This document shows positions 21,601-29,521 of a DNA stretch of 47,791 nucleotides, in pieces. The notes beneath the pieces are model-generated. The model did not search any database and had not been told where the DNA came from. It saw only the letters and a program-made list of their open reading frames with translations. Positions within the stretch are counted from its first letter, which is position 1. Each line of letters starts with the position of its first letter. Location of the stretch: assembly GCA_008369845.1 (NCBI GenBank), contig MRSU01007152.1, positions 1 through 47,791 on the forward strand, in the 5' to 3' direction. The stretch is from Trichomonas gallinae (lineage: Eukaryota). Position numbers and translations under genes: made by a program.

Positions 21601-24028
21601 GAATATTCCAACAAACGACACAGCTGCTGTGAGGAAAGCTGTTGATGAAGAAATACATCTGACAGAAGCAGAAACAGAAACTAAGGCTCAGTTATCTGAA
21701 GACGACAAAGTTTGGATCTGGGAGCAATCAATACAAAAGTTCCTCGACTTCTTCCAGTCAAAATTCTTCATACAATGGAAAGCGAGAATCACTATGCTCA
21801 ACGTTGAGCAAATTGCAAGATTCACTATGCCAGAAATCGATGCACAAACACTTTCGTTGATTTCTGTTCTCAAAGACACGAGATTGTTGAACAGGAAGCT
21901 CCAAGTTAAGCCAACGGACAACATAAAGAAGAGATTACAAAAGAAGTGGCCGAAATCTATCTTCAAGTTCTTAGAATACATGTTCAATCCAATTGTTTCT
22001 TCATCCAAATTCACGAGATTCGATGTCGCAGCAATTGTCAGGTGGGATCAAATCTTCTTCGACTGCTCAAGCGGCTTCATTAACGCAATGAGTGGATTCA
22101 AGTCGGCGACAGAAAACTTCAATGAAACATTTTCATTAATTGAAGAAGACTCGTTCCAGTTCTTGAAAGAGAGTTTGAAGTCATTGGGATATGTGATGGC
22201 TGACAAATCAGAAACATCTCCTTACGATGAATTGTTTAACTTCGTGAAAGAAGTCAAATCAACCTGCATGAACATGGTAGTTGCAAAAAGGAAAGATCTT
22301 AAGGATTCCGACAACACAAAGCAGAAGATTTTGCTGAAGGATGACATTGACTTCTTAGATAAACTCAATGAAATCACAGACAAAATGCTTGACATCAAAG
22401 AAACAAAAGCATCTATGCTAGATGATGAAACAGTTCCCAGGTCAGCTTCTTCATCAACAATCAAGCCTCCAAGTGAAGGAAATGAAGAGAACAAAGAAAG
22501 AAAACACTCAAGATTGCAGAAGAAGCCAGCTTCAAAGACAATTACACCGAAAACTAAAGAAGAGAAAATCAAATTCACTTCTCCACTCGAGCCAACTAAA
22601 GCCGATGGATCTAAGGAGAGACTGCTCAAAAGGTTCACACTTTTCATCTGTGTTAGTGATTCATTGAGAGAGCTCAAGGATCATATCGCATCAGTTAACA
22701 AGCGCCAGGAATACTTGATAACAGAAAACAGACTCAAAGAATTGACAGCACAGATTGAAAGCTTAATCAACACTGTATCATCCGCGAACACATCTATGGA
22801 CCATACAACAATCACCAGGAAGATGTGGCAGCTGGCTCTTAAGCATTTCGAGAACAAATCTCTTGCGAAAATTGTCGACACGAAGACGAAATTGTTGTCG
22901 TTCAAAGATGCCGCTGTTGTTGCTCTTTGCACAAATCTCGTCGATAACACTTCATCAATCATCAAATCAGAAGAGAAGTTCAAGAAGAACCTTCCACATT
23001 TGTTAGAAGAATATGATTCATACGTCAAAGCATTCGAGAAGTCAGTCATCGCGATTACAGGAAACCAGCACATTCCTGAGAACCAGCGCAATACGAATAT
23101 CATCGGTTTGACAGCTGCCGATTGCAGAATGGTTGCTAAAGAGTTCATGGAGAAATGTATGGAAGGAACATTCATTAACAGGCTTTACCAGCAGGCTTTC
23201 TACAGAAGATTCAATATCGAAAAGTATGAATACTTCAAGCGAGTTTTGCACGCGTTAGGTGATGACTTGAGCAACCTGAAGATGCTTTTGCACCAGTTCA
23301 GCATCAAGAAAGGAAGCAGCCTCTCCAACAGCCAGAACCTATCATACAAGTACTACGGAGCTGTTGTTGACACGTTCGGAAGACACGCTGAGTGGCTCAT
23401 TTCATCTCACGAAGAAATCCGCGAAATCGACGGTTACAAGCAGTACGTGACTATCTTTGAAGCTGATGACACATGGAAGGAGTTGCTCAGTAGAGCAGTA
23501 ACTTCTAAGATCATCAGACTCGATGACATAATGAAATTCATACCAGAGAAAATGGAAATAACTTTCCTCAACCAGTCAATCATCGACTCTATCAAAGACT
23601 TCCAGGACCAGTCTTCTACAACAGAAGACAAGATTCTACACCTCAAGGAACGCTCTGTCGAACAGAGAGAAGCTAAAAATGCTGGTGCTGATGATCAACA
23701 CGCAATTGATGTTGACAGTTCAGAACTTTGCGAGTTTTGCAGGCAAAGTCTTTACACTGACAGGTTCATCGTGTTCCCGTGCCACCACGCATTACACATA
23801 CACTGCTTCCTAGAGAACATGGATTTGTTCTTCGAGCCACATGAACAGTTGAACCTCATCGCTTTGCAGGCCAGCGCAATGAAGAGAGAAGACTCACGAG
23901 CCAAGTTAATCGACAAACTCTCAAGAAGCTGCCCAATATGCGGCGAACTGTCTGTTGAAATCCTTAACAAGAGCTTCGCAATTGAAGATGAAGAACAAGT
24001 TCAGAAATGGTCACTTGTTCCAATTTAA
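15626..24028 (+). CDS. Giant Vps18/Pep3-like protein (alpha-solenoid plus C-terminal RING) with a large internal repeat expansion
   Basis: The C-terminus IRLDDIMKFIPE..IIDSIKDF..CEFCRQSLYTDRFIVFPCHHALHIHC..CPICGELSVEILNKSF..W parallels Vps18 (LKIEDVLPFFPD..CxxC..FYLFxCGHxFHxxC..CxxCGExMIxxIDxPF..W). The N-terminal GEYTRAAEIM..FNQAYLFF..EALVEYL parallels the start of the Vps18 solenoid. Confidence 0.8.
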   Translation: MSQSFRTGIFQYNSPVPQRIAGFKCPGVYSLIHTGEYTRAAEIMKESGIPFNQAYLFFSSYPEALVEYLRINAIDKNLPDNQRIIFANSYVTLYAPIILTYKEKPEYDQIKTDFIAVLQTNQLITKYISKNIIVEALMQCNLLDILQEIYLLLQDWENYLKYFLEVQGTKKIPVSMWRQLTTYISKIPEMNIRQKIFKLFPKSQQKDLLRHWKELDLKRVLSVGADQSIRPVYPLLLDFVFEEPKDISLPEILQPIFEDLLIDRYHGLNSPQYATLYLAHLVRTENMTKLTDFFKTSTFNTGSQFFIQFWMNIRVHLLNSNINHEHLQHFKKIYFKKVIEPLRIPLDIQIEEDYTQTQTKRTKSVLDSQILGNIFSIFTSSKKNNKSDEEEDLDDDAGHDESEEDLPEIGHLKLEIKEDVEANQIDTNYHPIEIALRPIPSSTSRLSIKLEKSDESDNYEEDEIGDEKSVEYSSDTESEASELINPQDSQTSIKLDENENNEQNNNSNDETKADTNENSEKTEVKVEILEDQEIIQKQEETKPKQEEAADKTQTENKKQDEKQNNEIKSDTIKQDLVNIQSVINTDKKHKVRTEEEEKLHKEKVKMRKIATKVSEHIDRSIYKPVLNYGIELNSHAAFSYALSIHYAVNRSLIEKNLHPLILLIEGPLTERFKYDEDKSELKECWMRVISAVFELYSNAVRFRALTSIPAIAHLVRELAYNTNNPKLLLARSWKDNITSIINDIEEVKFYNTMLKANIEQRKVFISTILSLDEENIKQGKFDKQFDELISKNEIVYSMVNDFKNCTGEETLVALYDYTIKQLTNGEKTKEMWVTSLEDLNPSQHRALHNLPSDARASLVNLIIKKSNVITDDNDFLKLFKQTIEGFSNQTKDSYDFVISLSDSRKFILAQLLLPMRQQGLEASKFWPMAVQQFMDINYNNVKSIVKSTHDFEINSVQDACQKILKNQDLQAFKDNFKKDEEGYQLIMEFDETHVIELAKILDDKSLKSNSYDPSETWENIIKNRWKESIEELKRITVEKHRKLNDAITRFDFSVIKLIFNNLTSNIDEFKFHLQSHIKSMLHSINRIVKLDDNIIKTFLDKIRFTLGRPESDVWKEAIKQFVNDTAKEYTRVAQILLGYNPQLALDALSCFEKEAEEKKENTEGYDFKADLVGILKKRIEPLIVFKSVDVDISSMFGEIYRKNLTDKESRTVFGDSITEFNVYFKNKIYKPFKHIACYEEFIYTRTKELIYNDPANFRTNFQEFIKEITQPYNYVYAIDENLLQIIVTNLKLVPKETDPILKFKLPFRDLQKRLKNEMIPKVKKFADIPIKMVNDIVNLFKDINNFDVNFENYYMKTKEKLRGDLEPIKNLDPKFMKMFILLYMNPANPEKDVQRRWAAIVDGTINYLKERLLPFISKVKKIPEYAVLDLLEAMLKENKANLPIKTIVENTYMARSQRYFEIFEMHQDIINDFSSFMRMPQNKNMTWQQLCEKYPDTVKAAIQSIEGLRELDEPTKEVIQGFIAKDGRSAPDNTRIFIDKLVKDLYALVGPFDPGYPVNFTGVSLDNGALNVLRYYINYDYPEKPDKSARWNASVSLFGKTVVDIYESVAKHLQKFDARTVHMFLTYKRSDYTHDRFLDFVQTMVNDYKTLLTIGSNTLKILETYVTVFKTEFKNDKQYRDKWDKVVKEFQRETYETYTGPSSIFTKLPSVPLSIQQRVIFYLEDVIFSMKSCFEQYSLSIKEHIFDMDPNIIHIVSTRFNELLSKEIHNKKQEMIVAQMNPSQSPQKTQQKTKLGKNKKQKVQEDDDNEQSVVIPPVVQSIERAQIMLDIPEITSSVWKKFLDDNQEDSLEKLTQNIINQVTPLSSDSNNAEKMQREDIVAIFDAVNPKLSIFKERLIAAAKDSKVARKIVGMDTAILMFLISIISKVASDKKLAIVKSINEKSLKEKRDAEFEARMREIKAQEMKQKAINLEMDLDVESTKMTERISFGKNIPTNDTAAVRKAVDEEIHLTEAETETKAQLSEDDKVWIWEQSIQKFLDFFQSKFFIQWKARITMLNVEQIARFTMPEIDAQTLSLISVLKDTRLLNRKLQVKPTDNIKKRLQKKWPKSIFKFLEYMFNPIVSSSKFTRFDVAAIVRWDQIFFDCSSGFINAMSGFKSATENFNETFSLIEEDSFQFLKESLKSLGYVMADKSETSPYDELFNFVKEVKSTCMNMVVAKRKDLKDSDNTKQKILLKDDIDFLDKLNEITDKMLDIKETKASMLDDETVPRSASSSTIKPPSEGNEENKERKHSRLQKKPASKTITPKTKEEKIKFTSPLEPTKADGSKERLLKRFTLFICVSDSLRELKDHIASVNKRQEYLITENRLKELTAQIESLINTVSSANTSMDHTTITRKMWQLALKHFENKSLAKIVDTKTKLLSFKDAAVVALCTNLVDNTSSIIKSEEKFKKNLPHLLEEYDSYVKAFEKSVIAITGNQHIPENQRNTNIIGLTAADCRMVAKEFMEKCMEGTFINRLYQQAFYRRFNIEKYEYFKRVLHALGDDLSNLKMLLHQFSIKKGSSLSNSQNLSYKYYGAVVDTFGRHAEWLISSHEEIREIDGYKQYVTIFEADDTWKELLSRAVTSKIIRLDDIMKFIPEKMEITFLNQSIIDSIKDFQDQSSTTEDKILHLKERSVEQREAKNAGADDQHAIDVDSSELCEFCRQSLYTDRFIVFPCHHALHIHCFLENMDLFFEPHEQLNLIALQASAMKREDSRAKLIDKLSRSCPICGELSVEILNKSFAIEDEEQVQKWSLVPI

Positions 24029-24537
24029 TACAATGTTTTATTCACTATGTTTTATATTATTAAATAAGTTAATTTACTTCACTTCTCACACTTTTATCTA
24101 CAAATCTCTGAGTTAACTCAACCAAATCAATAAATCAATTATGAAATTTAAATTTTCAGCATCAAATTTACATATATATTAAAAATACCTTTTTTCATCG
24201 GAATTTGAGGAATTGAAAGTCTCAAAAAAGCTTGAAATCCAAGATTTTAAATCAAGAAAAAATAAAAATTGATTTATAAATCTTTTATGCTGTGCAAATA
24301 AAACAATCTCATTTAAGAATGAATGTTGCTGAATGTTTCATAACGCAAAAAAAGAAAATTTTAAATAATTTGAAGCAATGAAATAGTCGAAATGCATGTA
24401 ATGGCATCTATATACAGCCATGTACCGATTTTGTGCAGTAAAATCTATATGATTAGTGTCAATACTAGAAAAGGATGGATAGGAAGAAGAAAAATTCACT
24501 ATCGTAATTTTATCGTAAATCCCACAAATAAAAAAAA

Positions 24538-26115
24538 ATGGAGAACGAAGAAATTCAACAAGTAGTTAATGAGGAAAAGCCTGAAGAAAAGCAGCAGGAT
24601 GAAGCAACACAACCAGAAAACGCCGAAAATGAAAACAAAGAAGAACAAAATCAGGAAAATATCGATAAGCCAAAGAAAGAAGAAGAAAAGACCGAAGAAG
24701 AGAAAAAGGAGCCTGAAGATACTGAAGAAAACGAACAAAAATCAAATCCTGAAGAAGAAAAACCTCAAAATGAAAATATTGAAGAAGAAAAGAAAGAAAC
24801 AGTAGAGTCTCCAGAGCCAGAAGCAAAAGAGACAGAAAATACAGAAGAAAACAAAGTTGAACAAAATAATGAAACCGAAAATTCACAAAACGAAAATATA
24901 AACGAACAAAAGGTCGAAGAACAACCTGCAGAATCTACAGAACAAGATAATACAAACGAGGAACAATTTAATGAAAGATCTGTTGAAATTCCAGCTGAAA
25001 CACCAGCTGAAGAAAATAACACTGAGAATACTACAGAAAATACTACAACAGAAGAAAAAACAGCCGAAAATACGGAAGAAAAGAAAGATGATTTCAATCC
25101 ATTTGGAAATTCTGAAGAAAAACCAGCTGAGCCAAAGGAGGAAGAGAAGAAGAGTGAAGATACAGGATTTGGCGGCTTTGTTGATGCTCCAGTCGAAGAA
25201 AAGAAACAAGACGATTTCAATCCATTCGGAAACACTGAAGAAATGAAAGAAGAAAAGAAGCAGGATGATTTCAACCCATTCGGTGGCGGCTTCGAAGATA
25301 AACCAGTAGAAAAGAAAGAAGAAAAACAAGAAGACACAGGATTTGGTGGATTCTTCGATGATGCTGACAAGAAGGAAGAAGAAAAGAAAGTGGAAGAGAA
25401 GAAAGAAGACACAGGTTTCGGTGGATTCTTCGATGATGCTGACAAGAAGGAAGAAGAAAAGAAGAAGGACGATTTCAATCCTTTCGAAACACCGAAACCA
25501 GCCGAAGAAAAGAAAGAAGAAGGATTCGGCGGCTTTGTTGATGCACCTTCTGAAGAGAAGAAGGATGACTTCAATCCATTTGGGGGCGGCTTCGAAGACA
25601 AACCAGCAGAAAAGAAGGAAGAAGATGCAGGAATTGGTGGCTTCGAAGATAAACCCGCTGAACCAAAGAAGGAAGAAGACAATGGTTTTGGCGAATTTGA
25701 AGATAAACCAGCCGAGACAAAGAAAGAGGAAGATGCAGGATTCGGTGGATTTGAAGATAAACCAGCGGAAGAGAAGAAGGATGATTTCAACCCGTTTGGA
25801 GGAGAACAGTCGTTTAATCCATTTGGTGGAGATGGGCAGGATTCTTCATTCAATCCGTTTGGTGGCGACTCTTCTTCTTTCACTGTTGATTTCAATGCGT
25901 TCCCAGCTGATGCACAGGCACAGTCATTCACATTCGATGCAGATGAGGATACATCAGCACAGGATGAAGAGCTCTATAAGAAGTTCTTATCTCTGATAGA
26001 CAATCCATGCTTCGAATATACAGGAAGGCCACTCCAAGAGCTTTTTCGCCACGATGATCCAACAGACACACCAGAAGCTGCCTTCGCTCTCCTTGTCGGC
26101 GAAAAGGTCAAGTAA
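24538..26115 (+). CDS. Acidic disordered protein with repeated DDFNPFG and GFGGF motifs (putative clathrin-adaptor accessory protein)
   Basis: E/K/N-rich N-terminus; 8 FNPFG plus one FNPFE; multiple FGGF/FGEF motifs; short folded C-terminal tail. Confidence 0.8.
   Translation: MENEEIQQVVNEEKPEEKQQDEATQPENAENENKEEQNQENIDKPKKEEEKTEEEKKEPEDTEENEQKSNPEEEKPQNENIEEEKKETVESPEPEAKETENTEENKVEQNNETENSQNENINEQKVEEQPAESTEQDNTNEEQFNERSVEIPAETPAEENNTENTTENTTTEEKTAENTEEKKDDFNPFGNSEEKPAEPKEEEKKSEDTGFGGFVDAPVEEKKQDDFNPFGNTEEMKEEKKQDDFNPFGGGFEDKPVEKKEEKQEDTGFGGFFDDADKKEEEKKVEEKKEDTGFGGFFDDADKKEEEKKKDDFNPFETPKPAEEKKEEGFGGFVDAPSEEKKDDFNPFGGGFEDKPAEKKEEDAGIGGFEDKPAEPKKEEDNGFGEFEDKPAETKKEEDAGFGGFEDKPAEEKKDDFNPFGGEQSFNPFGGDGQDSSFNPFGGDSSSFTVDFNAFPADAQAQSFTFDADEDTSAQDEELYKKFLSLIDNPCFEYTGRPLQELFRHDDPTDTPEAAFALLVGEKVK
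25078..25870 (+). repeat. Coding repeats (GATTTCAAYCCATTYGG and GGATTYGGYGGMTT modules)
   Basis: Interleaved modules encoding EEKKDDFNPFG and EDTGFGGF; near-exact duplication of TGFGGFFDDADKKEEEKK. Confidence 0.85.
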
Positions 26116-26481
26116 TTTTATCTATCATCTTATTATTATAATATAACTCTTATGAAATAAAATGTTTATGAAAATTAACAAAAATTATTCTTATCTATCG
26201 TTTTTTATTGCATGTGCAACACCCATGCATACATTAATAAAATCTAAATTTGATAGTATTCGATATTTCATTCCAAAGAATCATGAAAGAAATTAAATTA
26301 AAAATAATCGTCAATTTTGTAAATTTGTCACTTTACATCAATATTTGCCAATTTGACGCTTTATTTCATATATTCGGCAATAATAACTTTACATTTGGTA
26401 ATTTTGTAGTTTTGACACTTTACAAACAAAAATTTAGAAATTTGACACTTTACTTCACACAAATTAATTGTCTGTCAAAAA

Positions 26482-29076
26482 ATGAATGCAAGTGTTTTTA
26501 TTGAGACTTTGGTAAATACAATAAATGGAGATCAAGGCGCTATTGGTGTATTGAACGAAATGTTCCAAAATGCACCTGCAGATCTTCTAAATTACAGCTG
26601 CGCCACGATTTTAACTACCGAAGATCCAAGAATTCATATTCATGCGCTTTCATATCTCTCAAGACTATTAACGCCATCTATACTGAGGACTCCTGATGAA
26701 TTAAAGGAGTTATTTAATGGACTCGGAGAAAATCGTACTGCAGTCATTAATGCTGTAGTAAATAGTTTGCAATCAACATTCAATGAGACTGTAAACATCG
26801 CAGCAAACACTATTTGCCACATTTGCCGCTTGTTTGACATAGAAGAAAGATTGAGTTTACTTCAGAACCTTGATACTCTCTTTGCAGAAGCGCAAGCACT
26901 AGAAATCAAGTCTGCAATCCTCAAAACATACAAAGAAATCTACTCTGCAAAAATTCTCAACATCGTTAGAAAACAATTCAAAATACACGCAAAAACTGCT
27001 TTACAAAACAGCGTTGACATGCTTCAGATTGAATCCACGGATGAACAAACAAGCCGTATGAAAACGCCAGCATCTGACTGCATTCGAGTTTTGCTCAAAG
27101 TTGCACCAAGATTATTCATACCAGATATAACTATGGAGATAAAATCGAAATTTAGAGATACATTTTACGAGATATTTTTATCAAACTTCGCAACATGTCA
27201 ATCTGATGAACTGTTTTTCTCTCTTTCTAAGACAGTTGTGAGATATATAAAAATAATCAATTCGTGTGATATACCACAACTATACGAAGCAATGCGTGAG
27301 AATTTCAACATCGAGCAACGCCAGAATGCATTTTTGCAGTGCTGGGCAAGTATTTACGAAACAAAATGCAATTCTTCATTTCCGCTAGTTGAAACGAATC
27401 CATTCTTACTAATAGCATCAGAAATATCACCAGTCTTGTTAGAAGGCGTCATCATGGCTGGAAGCATAGATTTGGATGATATAGAAAATTCACTTCAATA
27501 CAACTGCCTCCTATTAATCGAAGTCATCGCAGAAAAAATTGGACCGCATTTCTTCAGCGACTTATCTGCATTTATAACTAATAACTTTAGCATGGAGAAC
27601 GCAGAACAACTCGCAGCATCATTATTCACTTTTCCAGCGATCCTATATATAGATACAGAAGAGAGTGCAGAGTTTGTCATCAACAGTTTCGATAATATAT
27701 TAGCATTAGTACAGTTCGAAGATGAAACACTCAGAAGCTTCGCTGTCACTGCTGTAAATTCAGTTATGAAGTCGAAATTCATGAGCAAAGATAAGATCCC
27801 TGAAACGCTTCAATTTTGCCTGCAAAACTTAGGCAATGAACATGGTGGAGTCGTTAAGTCTTTGTTATCAATAGCGAGATCAATTCTTGAAACATTTGAT
27901 CATGAGCAAACAACGAACTTCATCGGAGACTATTTTCCTCAGATATTCGACTCTATAGTATCATGTTTGTCGCATAAATCACTTCAAGATTTGGAATCAA
28001 AGTCGCAAATATATAAGACCCTTGCCTTAGCTATCAGAGGCTTGCCTGTTCTATGCGATGAGAATGTTGTCACACAGTATTTTGCTGTAGTTGTGCAAGA
28101 GTTCAATAAAGCTGACATCCCGATCAAAGAGTTATTGAGCGAGCTTCTCGTCTCATTCAAGAACAAAATGTATGTAATCCCAGGATACACACAGACAGTA
28201 ATGGGCCTTCTCTATGGATGCCTTGAAGCTGGAGCTGGAGCAGCGGGCGAAAACATCATCGATGGAATAGAAACACTCTTATACGATTCTGCAAATTGCG
28301 CGCAGTTCTTCGAAGGACTTTATAACTTCCTGCCACAGTTTATTATGACAGAAGGCAGCTCAAACACCAAAGCCATCTACTGTCTTGGCTCACTCTTCAG
28401 ATATGGAGAAGGAATTGTGCCTGATGCCGCCGTCGAACAAACAGCGAATTCTGTTCTTTCCATGCTGAATCAGTTCTCTTTCGGAGAAGACGGCACAGTT
28501 GCACTGCTGTCTACTCTCTCAGATGTTTTGAGGAGAATCCCTGCAGGTGTCACTCCACAGTTCGTGCAGGACTCAGCGGAAATGGTCGACAGGTATAATG
28601 ATATTGTTAGATTGTGTTTGACCACCAAGAAGAAATCATTCGTCACGAGAATGTTTATATTCTTGATAATGAACTACAAAGTTTTGGCAGGAATTTATAA
28701 TAATGTAGAAGCAGTTATGCATTTTTACACAAAGATCAAAGATGATCTCGTCGAACTCGATAAGCTTCTCGGAATTTCTGGGATGAAAATAATAGACTAC
28801 AATAATATGTCTGATTACGAGAGAAGGAAGCAAGAAGATAACGCAATCTTCTATTTGTTCAAAGTCGTGGTCAGCGCTACTGATGCTTTCATCGACTGGA
28901 TCTCAATGAATGACTGGAATACTTTAGGACCACAAGGAAACGCGCTAAAGAGAGAAGCCAAAACACTTTGCTCACACTGCTCTTTCGGCAATATTCTTTC
29001 GGCTGCAATGAGGAACCCTGACTCAAATCAGGCATCATATGCAAGCCAAGTCTACTTCAAGAGGCAAGCAATTTGA
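26482..29076 (+). CDS. Divergent importin-beta/karyopherin-like HEAT-repeat protein
   Basis: 864 aa, all-helical. NCLLLIEVIAEKIGPHFFSDLSAFITNNF..AASLFTFPAIL resembles importin-beta CLxLLA....D.IVPxVLPFI..NI...AAVMAFGxIL. Confidence 0.6.
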   Translation: MNASVFIETLVNTINGDQGAIGVLNEMFQNAPADLLNYSCATILTTEDPRIHIHALSYLSRLLTPSILRTPDELKELFNGLGENRTAVINAVVNSLQSTFNETVNIAANTICHICRLFDIEERLSLLQNLDTLFAEAQALEIKSAILKTYKEIYSAKILNIVRKQFKIHAKTALQNSVDMLQIESTDEQTSRMKTPASDCIRVLLKVAPRLFIPDITMEIKSKFRDTFYEIFLSNFATCQSDELFFSLSKTVVRYIKIINSCDIPQLYEAMRENFNIEQRQNAFLQCWASIYETKCNSSFPLVETNPFLLIASEISPVLLEGVIMAGSIDLDDIENSLQYNCLLLIEVIAEKIGPHFFSDLSAFITNNFSMENAEQLAASLFTFPAILYIDTEESAEFVINSFDNILALVQFEDETLRSFAVTAVNSVMKSKFMSKDKIPETLQFCLQNLGNEHGGVVKSLLSIARSILETFDHEQTTNFIGDYFPQIFDSIVSCLSHKSLQDLESKSQIYKTLALAIRGLPVLCDENVVTQYFAVVVQEFNKADIPIKELLSELLVSFKNKMYVIPGYTQTVMGLLYGCLEAGAGAAGENIIDGIETLLYDSANCAQFFEGLYNFLPQFIMTEGSSNTKAIYCLGSLFRYGEGIVPDAAVEQTANSVLSMLNQFSFGEDGTVALLSTLSDVLRRIPAGVTPQFVQDSAEMVDRYNDIVRLCLTTKKKSFVTRMFIFLIMNYKVLAGIYNNVEAVMHFYTKIKDDLVELDKLLGISGMKIIDYNNMSDYERRKQEDNAIFYLFKVVVSATDAFIDWISMNDWNTLGPQGNALKREAKTLCSHCSFGNILSAAMRNPDSNQASYASQVYFKRQAI

Positions 29077-29315
29077 AGATGAGCAATTATTTTTATATTT
29101 GTTTTTTTATATTAGATTAAATATGCTATTACATATTAACAATGAATGCAAACTCAAAAATGATGACACACTTTTGTCCTATAAGGTGAAAAATGGAAAA
29201 AATAATCAAAATACTCAAAATCAATGAAAAACTTTCAAAAATAGTTGTTTTGTTAATAATAGCTTTCATTTCGTTGGTCTTCATATTTTTTTCGTTATAT
29301 TTCTCAGAGATATAT

Positions 29316-29490
29316 TTTTGTCATGTAAAATTTTATAATTTTGTCATGTAAATGATATAATTTTTTGTCGTGTTAACGTTTATTTTTGTCATGTAAAATT
29401 CGAGATTTTTGTTTTGTAAAATTCTAGAATTTTGTCGTGTAAATATTTAGAAATTCGTCATGTAAAAATCTGTCATGTAAAGTGTCAAAA
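29316..29490 (+). promoter_or_regulatory. Phased array of eight TTTGTCRTGTAAA-like motifs upstream of the 444-aa gene
   Basis: Core G at 29320, 29343, 29367, 29388, 29411, 29434, 29457, 29472. The regulatory role is inferred from position only. Confidence 0.6.
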
Positions 29491-29521
29491 ACAAAGTTAC
29501 GTTTAAAGTTTACACCGAAGA

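Noticed and set aside
24765..25996. 388-aa minus ORF and 217-aa alternative-frame ORF
   Set aside because: By-products of the repetitive GAA/AAG-rich coding sequence of the 525-aa gene.
29316..29481. CRISPR-like repeat-spacer appearance
   Set aside because: Repeats of 13 bp and spacers of ~10 bp are far too short, there are no cas genes, and the context is eukaryotic.
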